A stretch of 21,172 nucleotides of DNA from Hydrurus foetidus (Eukaryota). The stretch covers positions 62,001 to 83,172 of the forward strand of contig UYFQ01000290.1 of assembly GCA_900617105.1 (NCBI GenBank), read 5' to 3'. Of the stretch, positions 10,668-21,172 are shown piece after piece. Within the stretch, counting starts at the first letter, position 1. Each line of letters begins with the position of its first letter. The position numbers and the translations under genes were made by a program. The notes beneath the pieces are model-generated. The model had not been told where the DNA came from. It was given only the letters and a program-made list of their open reading frames with translations, and ran no database searches.

Positions 10668-13600
10668 ATGGACGAAACTTCAAAAATTCCACGCGATACC
10701 TGGGAAAGGAGACTTGACTCATCGGATCCGCCAAAGTCTGTTCACAATTTCGCGCGACCTCCACTTCTAGAGGCTCTATCCCTTCTTCCGGTTGCTTATC
10801 GCGTTGGTGGCTACCTATATGAGGAGCGACGCAACGGCCGCGAACCCATCTTTGATCTGAATGGAATCGGACTAGAGCCCCCAAATCCTGGTCCATACGC
10901 TGGTGTCCCTTGCGGCGGGCTGGTAAGATCGGCTAACTTAATCTCCTACATATCTCTTTAGAAACATCGTTTAATCAACGATTCACGAATTTCGATGTTT
11001 GAATGCACCCCTTCCGGAGGACTGACTACTGATCATACAAATATTTTTCTACGGACCACTCCAGTATTACTGTAAATTACTGTAATAACTGATGTATCTT
11101 GTCTGATGAGCCGAAATTGAGCCTACTGTCCTTATAGCCTCACTTGACTTGTGTGGAGCTTGCTATCCAATTCAATCTTCCATAAAATTCTTGCATTTTG
11201 TATTTGCATCTGAGCCATTATCCGAGTGTCATACAGTGTCAGCGATATCACTGACAGCTAGCGTCTCCAACTATTCCGATCGTTAAGATCAAGATGCTGC
11301 TTCTCTATTTATGCTTCCTTCTAATCTCAATCTCTGCTGATATTACTTATTAGTTATTGGGATCCCCAGATAGATTACCCTCATTTCTTAGCATTTCATG
11401 AATTACAAATCGTTTTAGGGGTCGGGCTGTATTGGGCGGGGCTTCAGGGGGTCATTTACGGGGCGTAACATCAATCCCGGAAAGCATATGCATAACCCAA
11501 TCCACACAGATCAATTCTCAATTAGAGTTAATCGGAACGGGGTCATCCATACGCAGGTTATCATATACTCTTTTTTCGCAGAAGTTATCATGTTCACAGG
11601 AACTATGGCGTTATGAGCAGACACCTCCGCACATAATGTACTACACTGCATCCTCTTGCTCTTCATGTCAGGTGCTGTCAATGATGGACTCTTCTTCTGT
11701 GCCTGATTTACTGTCTTCCTGGACTTGGAATCTAGATCCAAGTTCCGGAACTTATTTTGCCTTATTCCCAAGGTAGAATCGCGCGTAAATTTTTTCACCA
11801 TCATTAGCACCCACTTTTTACAAATTTTGAAACGATCATTCATTTATTTTTCTTCATTATTTAAATCATTTATTTATTCACTATTAAATATGATTAGGAG
11901 CTGGACTGTGTACAAATTACCTGTCATTGGCGTACGTGTGTGCGTACGACAAGTGTCACCTTTCTTACCTCACAGCTACAGTGAAGCTTCTCTACCCGTG
12001 AGTGTGTTCCATGTTGAAGTTGAAAATACAGGAGAAGGTATGATATCTATGTTCTATTTTGACCTGATACTTTGTATGTCATATCATATTGTTGTTCTAA
12101 ACTTGCTATTTATTTTCGTTTTGAAGCCGAGCAAATTTCTTTGTTCGCATATTTAATGAATTCTTACAACTTCACCTTTTTCTATTCAACAGATGATATA
12201 GAAGCTTCTGTGATGTTTACTTTTCAAAATAGTGGAGATGATGAAGAGTGTAAAGGAGGGAAAGCGGGTGGTACAGTAGCGACAAAACATGACACATTTG
12301 AATTCAATTATTATGAAGATTATGATGAAGACATTTATAAAAATGTAAATAGTAATAGTAATGATTATGATAGAGATATCAATTTTGAAGGAGATGCCAT
12401 CAAAGGCGAGGAAATCGCATCAAATATCAAAAGTAAGTAAGCTTCACTTTTACTCCTGCTTGAGATATGAATTTCGTAGGTTTTGGATTTTCAAATTTAA
12501 TTTTTGCGTTGGTATTGATGTTTTAGTCAATCGGAACACTGAATTAAATGATATAAATTGGGTGAAATAATTGAAACTTTAACAATTTACGACTGACATT
12601 TCTTATGAAGGTCGAAATGGATCAATTATTAAAGGGGTTACAATGAAGAATTACAAAACATTCAAACAAAGCAATACTAAAAATTCTTTCAGTAAAAATG
12701 TTTGTAAAAGATTTTCAGCAAAAAAAGAAACGAAGTCAAGAAAGGAAGACTGTAGAAAGGAAGATAAAAGCAATTTTCCTGGGAAAGATTTTGTAAATGA
12801 ATCTGATTCCGAAAGTGATCAAAGTGAGGAAAATAGTGACGTCAGAAATAGAATAAATGGTAGCTATGCAATTGCTGCGATGTGTGAAGTGTGCTCTTGT
12901 CACGATAAACGAAAAAATGAAAATGGAAATGAAAAAATCAGGTACGTACAGAAAAGTTATGCAGGGGGACTGCTGTATGTTCTGTTTGTTAATAGTATTT
13001 GTGTTCTTTTCTATGATCGGCTTTAATGGGCGATTTTGTACCTGCTACTGTTTCTGTCTTTCACAATCTACTGTACTTAGCTTAGCTTGTTTATGTTTGT
13101 ATGTACGTATATGTGGGTGGGTGTTTGTGTGTGTGACTGTGTGTGTGTGTCGTCCAAGCAGTGCGTGTGCGTATCTGCAGTGACACTTGTATATGTTCTG
13201 TCCTGTTAGCCTTTGTCCACACTCGATAAGTCTGACGATCTTTCTACCACCACTACATCGTTCTCATCTCGGACATTGCATTTACTCTCTCGTCTACATC
13301 GATTCCATTCGCACTGCATTTCTCCACAATTTCCTCTGCATCCACACACAAGGACATCTCGCAGAAACATATTCCATCAAGACATTGCATTTACTCTCTC
13401 GTCTACATCGATTCCATTCGCACTGCATTTCTCCACAATTTCCTCGCATCCACACACAAGGACACTCACAGTGCACATACACAAACATAAACATACGCAT
13501 GCATTCACATAGATAATAACACACACCTACTAAATCACTCACTCACTCACTCACACGTACACAGCGGTGCATCTAGCTGTGTGGAGGATCTTCGATGCGA

Positions 13601-16600
13601 CTTGGGAACGATATCCGTGTGCAGAGAATTCTTAGTACAACCGGGTAAAGACAAAATTAGATGCGAATCCATTAAATCTGCTGATTTACTATGGCAGCAA
13701 TTTCAATATTTTGGCGATATAAATGCACAAAGGTATGACAATATCATCTATCGAAAAATCTTCTCCTTTTAAAAACTCATTGTTTATTACTTGTTTTAAG
13801 CGTGATAGATATCAGCGATAAGCTCTAACAGTACCATGACATACGTATGTAAAATACTAATTTTGCATTATTTACGATTTACCGTCTTTCAGCCATGAAA
13901 AAGAATATTCATTTTTATCATTTCCAAGCGATGCAAAAGTTGCCAGTGCTGTTTGTATGAAGAAGAAAATAAAAGGAAATATCAGCAAATCCGCTAGAAC
14001 AGATTCTTCACAATACAAAGATGACTCAGAGAGAACTACAAATAAAAAAACTTTTTCATTTTCTCTATCGTGGGACAATCCAATCGTACGATTCGGGGGG
14101 GGAGCTAGCGGTGTAGAAAATAAAGATAAAATTCCTACATCTGAAAGCCAAGAACATAAGCAAAATAAATGTGGACAAGATGAGGTGAATTCTGAATCTG
14201 TGAAATCCGGAAATAATTCGTACGGTTTTGATGTCCCAAGATATTATTCACGATTTTTCGGTGATTCTGGTCATGTTGCTTGTATGATTGCATCTTACGG
14301 TTTAATCTACTCTTCTGAATGGGAGAATAGAATTGTCACTTGGCAGAATTCAGTTTTATCAAAAGCTGAATTAGCATTGAATCCTATGATAAAAAGAAAA
14401 AAAAAGAAATTGAGAATAACAAAAAGTGCGGGAGTAAGAATGGTGATGTCATTGATATTAATCGTGATGACAGGAATTTTGATGATAAGAATGATGACGG
14501 TGAGAACAATGATGATATCAAAAACGACAAATTTGATAATGACACTGATTGCAATGAGGAGGAGGATGCAATCAAGAATCTGGTGCCAGAGTTCTACCGC
14601 TACCAATTATTTAATGAGTTGTACTTCTTAGTGGACGGAGGGTCGGTGTGGACGGATAGCACGTACGGTGTACCAAGTACGTACGTCTCTCACAATTGTA
14701 CTGATATAAACAAATGTGAAAATGATGGTGTGAGTAAAAATAGATATGAAGATGAAAATGAAAATGGAAATACCACAAGCGATGATTATGGCGATGATGA
14801 TAATAATCTTGATAACAAAAAACTTCATAACGATTATGACAATTGCACAAAAAAATGCGAAAAAAATCCTGAAAAAAATTCCGCTACTACTACTCCTGGT
14901 AATAATTGCGATGAAAAAAACAAAAATATATCAAGATATAAAAATGTTTCACAATCAGAAATAAAAATGGGAAGGAGAACTGGAATGTTCTGCGATATTT
15001 TGTCGAACATTCTATGCATGGTAAACGAAAATTTCAATTTTGAAGATTTAATTTCTACGTCTCATAAAAATGAAAATGTGAATAAAAGGTATCCACATTC
15101 AGTAAGTAACAAATGTTCTAAAAGCTATGAAAAAGAGAGTTCCGTACTTGAAGTTGAAGTTGAAGTTGAAGCAGGAGTTTATAATGTGGGCAATCAAAAC
15201 GCCTCCTCTATCTCTACCTCCAATGAGTCCTTGACACGACCGCTATTATCTTTGGAATCTCAAAATGACAAATTAAAAATACAAACAAATAGAGTCGTTA
15301 ACACCGTAAAAAATCAAAATATCAAAAATTCAGGTGTAAATACACCAGTAAAGAAAATTAAAAATGCAAATACGACAACATTTAGTTCTCACATCATCAG
15401 CAAAGCGATCAGCTGCTTACACCGCGCTATGCTCAATCATGATGAAAAAGTTGCCCACTCAGAAATCGCGGGAGATCAGGTAGAACTTGAACCTTCAGAT
15501 TCCGACAATGAATTTATTCGTTCTCATTGTGTAGAATGATGATTAGATACCATGCCATTTTCATCTTTTTCAGCGAGAGTTATTCGAGATTTGTGTAACC
15601 TCTGTTTTACTGTAAATCAAATTACACAATATATGATAACACGTGTACGCACTTGACTGGACTGCTCTGTTTCATCTCCCTCATCATCGTCCTCCACTCA
15701 TTGATCCCTCCCGTCTTAATTTGCCTCCACTCATCCCATTCTATCCTATCCCACACCGTCTCATTCCCTCCCCCCAAATTCCTTATATTCCCCTCACATT
15801 GTATCCTACTCATCCTTTCCCCTCCTACTTTCGTTTTCTATCACATCCTACCCTATCCTATCCTGCTTTATCCCACCTTCCCATCCCACCCTATCCTATC
15901 ACATCCCACTTCATTTTATTTCCTATCAATCCGTATTTTCCCCACCCCTCTCCTATCCATCCCCATCATCTCATCCCAACCCTTTAATTCCCTTTCACTC
16001 TGATTCAATTCCCCTTCCCCAGAGCCTCGTGGGACAATTCTTGTATCTTGAGGGTCACGAATATTTAATGTACAACACGTACGATGTACACTTCTACTCA
16101 GGTAAAGTGAAAAACTATGAAGCGAAAATACATCGAGACCATAATTTGGAAAATCGTACGTGTGTCGTATAAGACTTCGTTAGTATCCGTCCCTGTTCCT
16201 CTCCCTATTGATGACATGCAGTATTGTGCTGTGCTGTGCTGTAATGTGATTCTCAGTTGTGGGGCACAAATGTCATCATGGGAGAGGTTTGAATCTTTTC
16301 TTGAATCGCAGCCACCACTAGATATTCCGAAACCAAACACAATCATAATTTGTATTAGTTGCATTCCCGCTCTTCCATCTTTTATCATTCACTGTTCTCA
16401 CACTCATTCTCTTTTTCTCTCCATCTATTCTAATCTCATCCAAATGAATCACCTCTTTCTTTTCTTCCTTTTTCTTTTCCCTATTCTCTACTCTTTTCTC
16501 TACCTCTTTCAGGTTTTTCTCTTCTCATGCTGTGGCCCCATCTTGAATTTTCTCTACAGAGGGACTTTACGAGGTTGATTATTTTATGTATAGAAACTTA

Positions 16601-19600
16601 GTTTTAGTTCCACATTACGATTCCTGCCCTTATCGCCCCTCAAGAGAACCAATTTCTCATACGAATTTTATCTGTCAGCTTTGTTTACTGTACTATACTG
16701 CACTCTACCTGACCTTACTTAACTGCACCTTCACTATCAAAATAAGCTCTGATCCCCTAGTCTGATAATTCCTTCCATGTGAATTCGTACTCTAAGTGTT
16801 GTTGCTCCACTGATGATGTAAACCAATTGAATGAATTTGGTATCCGTATTGCCCTCCCTCTCTTTTCTCTCTCCTTTCCCCTTCTTTACTGCCTTCCTTC
16901 ACTCTACCGAACTCTCCCTCTTCTCCGTCATTCATCACTCTTTCTCTCCCTTACTCTCCTTTCTCCCCATTCATATCTCGTTCTCTCCTTTCCTCTCATT
17001 TCATCTCGTCCCTCTTTCTATTTGTATGTCACTCTTTTTTTCCTCTCAGATCGGTCTCACTCGAGGATTTGAGTATGAGAGTCATGATGGGAACAGGGGC
17101 TACGAGAATACGGAAAATGAAGGTAATCTGTGTACTTTGTGAGTCCCTTTCTTTTAGTGCATTATTCTGTATCTGATAGTATGTACGTAATTCTGCCTGC
17201 CTCTTCCCATCTATTTGCCTGTAGGTATGCATCTTTATCTAACCGTCTGTTTACCTGACCGTCTGTGAGCAAGTATACATATCTGTGTATCTATCTACCT
17301 CTCAATGTATCTGTTTGAATGCCTGCATGTCTGTCTGCCTGTGTGCCTGCCTGTTTCTTTCTCTTTGTTCTATCTGTCTGTCCGTCCGTTCGTCACTTTC
17401 AATTCACAATTGAGGCTCTGCAATTGATCCAAATCTAGCACATCTTTTTCAAACAATCATCACTTCCACCCCTTCATCTGATAATTTCATATACATAACT
17501 ACTGCATAAAATTTTCCTTTTAGGGGGCAGTCCCGCATGATTTGGGGTCACCTTCTGAACGGCCCTGGCAGAAAACAAATGCCTACAACTTCCAAGACGT
17601 ACGTTAACGTTCTTTTTTAGCGAAACTACTAATGTTTTTTTTATTTTAATTTACAATACTGCTTTTGACAATTGAAAAGAAAGTGAGAAATAATTGAAGA
17701 TATTTTGTCTTATACATTGTATGCATCAATTAAAGTAACTCTAGTAATTATCCTCTGCATGAAATTCACACCCATCCACTGAGAATCAGAAACGAATCAT
17801 ATTATTGTATAAATTGACCGAGATTACAAGTGCCATTTCTCTATTCTCTGCTGGGTATTATCGCCACTTTTTGCATGGACCATACAATTACTTACCTTCA
17901 ATTCTAAACATTGGATTTGCATTATTTTGCTATTTCTCTTCTCTCTTTAATTTTTATTTTGTATTTAGGTTAGCAACTGGAAGGACTTAGGACCTAAATT
18001 CGTGCTCCAAATCTACAGAGATTTCTGCCATCTAAGAAAAAACAAAAACGGTACGGAAAGACGATAAAGGAATGAGAGCAGATGATGATGTGTACATACT
18101 GACCACTAAATTCATGGATTCAATTCTACTCAATAAATTCCTAACGGTGATTTTCTTTGATCGTTTTTAATGATTTAAAATGTATTTCTGTATTTCACAA
18201 ATTAAAAGGAAAAATATCAGAAGAATTTCTAGCAAGCACGTACGATACTGTACTTACAGTGATGCTTCACACCTTGCAATTCGACACGGATAAAGACGGT
18301 AAGTCAGAGTGAACATAAGGAATCATCATTTTATCGTCTTTCTCTTTTCAAGCCCATTAAATTTCTCCTTTCTTGCTTTTTCTCCTACTCTTTTATCTGT
18401 TTTCTTTTCTTAATTTTCACAATCTTTCATACATGTCAACCACGAATGCTGGTTGCGTAGCTTCACTCTTTTTGATTGCTAACAATGTGTAAGCACTCCT
18501 GTCATCTTCTCCTTTCTGCCCACTCACTCTTTCTCTCTCTTCCTCACTCTCTCACCCACTCCCACATCTCCCTCACCCACCCTCTCTCTGCCTCTCATCC
18601 CAACTCCTCACTCCCATACACTCTTCTTAACCTTCACCATCTGCACCACACCCATGTATTCCGACCAATATACCGTAGGCATGATAGAGAACTCCGGCTT
18701 CCCCGACCAGACTTACGACATCTGGACCGCCACAGGAGTTCACGCATACTGCGGGGTACGTTACGTGTGTGTATACATGCGTATGTGTGGGAGTATATGC
18801 GGGAATGGGAGTGTGTGAATCTGTGTGAGGGTGTGTGAGTGAGTGTGTGTGCGAGCATATACAGGAGTGTTTGTATGTGTTTGTATGTGTTTGTATGTGT
18901 ATGTATGTATGTATGTATGTATGTATGTATGTATGTATGTATGTATGTATGTATGTATATGTGTGGGCATGTTTGTCTGTTACATAAGTGTTACATGATA
19001 CAAATCATCCTGCGTACATGCTCTACAACCGCTTTACATTCTTTACTTCCCTCCTACGTATATCATCTTCCGCACATTATTATCCGGTTTTCTTTTTACT
19101 ATTTCTATTTTAGGGGCTCTGGATCTGTGCATGTTCTGCAGCTGCTGCTATGGCACTCGTTAGGAATGACCGTACGTACGTAACAGAATAGAACATAATA
19201 GAATAGGATAGAACATGACTTAATGCAACATGACAAAAGATGGCATGAAATGCAGTCAAAGGGTGCAGTAGTGAAACATGCCTCTTCCATTTCTTTCCAC
19301 ATGAGATTCGTAATAATGAAGATGACTACTTTTGGTCCTGTTTTGGCATTACCCTTAGGTGATGATTCGAAGTCTATGAACACCTTACCTTCTCACTACA
19401 TGTTTTCACCTTCCTTTTCAGTATATCTTCCTCTCTCCTTGGCGCTCCCTCTCCTGTATCCAATTCATCCTCTCTGTAACCTGTATTTCCACATGCATTT
19501 CTAATGCGACCACCTTTGCTATAATCACTACAATTCTCAAATCCTAGCAATGAGATTCTCTTCTCAAGTTTAGAGGAGAGAGCGAGAGAAGTGTACGTGC

Positions 19601-21033
19601 GCACTCTGTGGAACGGTCAGTACTTACACTACGACAGTAGCAGCAGTATGCATCACGACAGCATTATGGCGGACATGATGGCCGGTGAGTCGAGGAGTGT
19701 AGCGTTGAATGTAGAAGTGACAAGTGTAGTGCAATTAGCTGAGCCGAATGGAGAGATGAAGTGTGGTACAGTGCAGTGCAGTGCAGTCGAGTCGAGTCGA
19801 GTCGAGTCGAGTCGAGTCTACGGTGATGTAGTACAGTATAGTTTAGTATAGATTAGTTGTGTAATGTAGAATTGTGTTTATGTGCCGAACTCAACTTCTG
19901 TGAAGATTATCTGGAGTCACAGGTGACTTTACGAAGGAGCTCACTACACTCTGTCATTGTTATTGTTATTGTTATTGCTAGTATTATTATGTATTATAAT
20001 TAGTATTATTATTAGTATTATTACTATCATTATCATCATCATCATCATTTTTCTCATCACTATTATATTTATTGAAATCATTACAATTATCATCCTCTCT
20101 GTGATCAATCTTATTTCCATAACTATCAGCGCTAAGGCCATCTTCGCGTAGATCAGAATGTAACAGCCCCTACAATGTCATCCATATGCAGGGCAGTGGT
20201 ATTCAAGAGCATGCGGCCTTCCTTCTGTGGTGCCTTCTGAGATGGCTCTCTCCTGCTACCAAACCATCTACAGAATGAATGTCCTGGCTTTTGGCGCAGG
20301 GAAATTGCTAGGTGATGCAATTGTCAATGCATCGCGATATCAATCACCTATTGCCTATTTACACAATCTGAATCTATCACCTTCATTTCTTGCCTGTTTC
20401 TTGCCTACCCTTCGTATTCTTCCTGTTCTTTTCTCACTTCCCTTCATTTGTTTCCCACACGCGTTGCCCTTCCTCTTTACCTCTTTACCTTGTCGAAGTC
20501 ACAGCTAAACAAGAATATCATTTTTGTCCACAAAAATGACCACAAAAATGACCGCTGAGAACAACGATTCTCATTCTATTTACGTCAAATATTCCCCAAG
20601 AAAATCCTCAAAAGCGCTGTTTAGTTTTGAATTCGACAATGCATCTATTTTTCCTCGCCCTCCTTTTCACATCGCTGCCGCCCTCCTCATTTATTCCTGT
20701 CCACTTTATCACTTCATCCGTTTCTTCTTACTACATCTCTCTCATGCACTTTCTAACATATCTGACTGTAATTGCCGAGTAGCAAAAAGGGTGAAATCGG
20801 AATCAATCTAAATCACAACTCAATCTAATTCCGCACACCAACAACTTCGATGCATATTTAAATGTTCCTCGCTGTTATTTTCTTGCTGAATTGACAGTTG
20901 ATGATTATTCTCCTATGCTAATTTTATTTTTCACTGTTTATTCTTGTTTTTATGTTTTATTGTTCCTGTAGGAGCTGTGAACGGAATGCGTCCTAGCGGT
21001 GTGGTGGACAACAGCTGCATGCAGAGCAGAGAA
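10668..21033 (+). CDS. GBA2: Non-lysosomal glucosylceramidase (GH116, GBA2-like), 3'-partial. Exons: 10668-10922, 11419-11556, 11672-11772, 11898-12037, 12193-12432, 12611-12941, 13565-13732, 13893-15479 (contains a -1 frame discontinuity near 14370-14406), 16023-16101, 16513-16573, 17050-17122, 17524-17598, 17969-18050, 18221(or 18209)-18298, 18679-18755, 19114-19175, 19548-19684, 20192-20311, 20972-21033
   Basis: GH116 motifs occur in the expected order: [100 protein letters not shown] (nucleophile Glu region), [63 protein letters not shown] (acid/base Asp region), [31 protein letters not shown]. All introns are GT-AG and phase-compatible. About 1289 codons lie in the window once the frame jump is corrected. 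Confidence 0.92.
13272..13464 (+). repeat. Near-perfect direct repeat of about 85 bp (13272-13356 and 13381-13464) with a 24-nt spacer, in GBA2 intron 6
   Basis: Both copies read gacattgcatttactctctcgtctacatcgattccattcgcactgcatttctccacaatttcctc(t)gcatccacacacaaggaca, differing by one T indel. Confidence 0.92.
15660..16020. repeat. Pyrimidine-rich degenerate (CCTAT/CCCAT)-type repeat in GBA2 intron 8
   Basis: C/T-rich tract with 5-nt periodicity such as cctat cctat cctgc tttat cccac, ending at the CAG acceptor 16020-16022. Confidence 0.75.
17190..17395. repeat. Degenerate tetranucleotide repeat (GCCT/GTCT/ATCT) in GBA2 intron 11
   Basis: 4-nt periodicity: gcct gcat gtct gtct gcct gtgt gcct gcct. 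Confidence 0.7.
18871..18958. repeat. (TTGTATGTGT)x3 followed by an (ATGT)n microsatellite in GBA2 intron 15
   Basis: Directly visible perfect ATGT run from 18901 to about 18956. Confidence 0.95.
19761..19885. repeat. Compound pentamer microsatellite (GTGCA)x3(GTCGA)x6 with degenerate flanks in GBA2 intron 17
   Basis: GTGCA x3 at 19771-19785 and GTCGA x6 at 19786-19815, followed by further degenerate pentamers (gtaca gtata gttta gtata). Confidence 0.9.
19956..20095. repeat. Degenerate (ATT/ATC/GTT) trinucleotide repeat in GBA2 intron 17
   Basis: ttgttattgttattgttatt...attattattagtattatt...atcatcatcatcatt; explains the poly-Ile pseudo-ORFs. Confidence 0.85.
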
Positions 21034-21136
21034 GTGCGTGTGTCTGAAAATTATTCATCATTTTTCTCTCGCACGTCATCGTTACCGTAAATATCATCAC
21101 CATCTTGCATCATCAACACTATTGCTATCACTAACA

Positions 21137-21165
21137 TCATTATCATCATCATCATCATCATCATC
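21137..21165. repeat. (ATC)n microsatellite in GBA2 intron 19
   Basis: atcatcatcatcatcatcatc near the right edge. Confidence 0.85.
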
Positions 21166-21172
21166 CTTATTG

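Noticed and set aside
11103..11150. Hammerhead-like core CTGATGA-GCC-GAAA in GBA2 intron 1
   Set aside because: Only 3 nt separate the core halves, so there is no stem II, and neither stem I nor stem III pairs properly around an NUH site.
11284..11293. TAAGATCAAG resembling part of U2 snRNA
   Set aside because: No following GTGTAGTA branch-pairing sequence, Sm site or 5' stem.
13272..13464. CRISPR-like repeat-spacer array
   Set aside because: Only two long (85 bp) copies, inside a eukaryotic intron, with no cas genes.
10668..21033. Calling GBA2 a pseudogene
   Set aside because: There is only one frame break, near a homopolymer. All other exons, splice sites and catalytic motifs are intact.
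250..21033. A functional four-gene cluster or novel multi-gene system
   Set aside because: Nuclear export, mitochondrial transport, ADP-ribose metabolism and glycolipid hydrolysis share no evident pathway. The arrangement fits ordinary gene-dense eukaryotic DNA.

Overview
Intron-rich eukaryotic genomic DNA using the standard code and GT-AG introns. Frequent GTACGT donors and the gene style suggest a protist, possibly a stramenopile (inference only). I reconstructed four protein-coding genes exon by exon, arranged as two genes reading left and two reading right from the 7488-8662 intergenic region. (1) Exportin-7/RanBP16-like, minus strand, 6 exons seen, 3' end off the left edge. (2) A complete 299-aa SLC25 mitochondrial carrier of the 2-oxoglutarate/malate-DTC type, minus strand, 5 exons. 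(3) A complete 399-aa ADP-ribosylglycohydrolase-family protein with non-canonical metal-site motifs, plus strand, 5 exons. (4) A GH116 non-lysosomal glucosylceramidase (GBA2-like), plus strand, 19 exons seen, 3' end off the right edge, with large D/N/K-rich insertions. Most other ORFs in the track are artefacts of intronic microsatellites or of antisense/alternative frames. The main anomaly is a -1 frame discontinuity in GBA2 exon 8 near an A9 run (A AAA AAG); it could be an assembly error, a cryptic intron or slippage/frameshifting. I found no RNA gene, CRISPR array or intact mobile element, and no convincing new multi-gene system.
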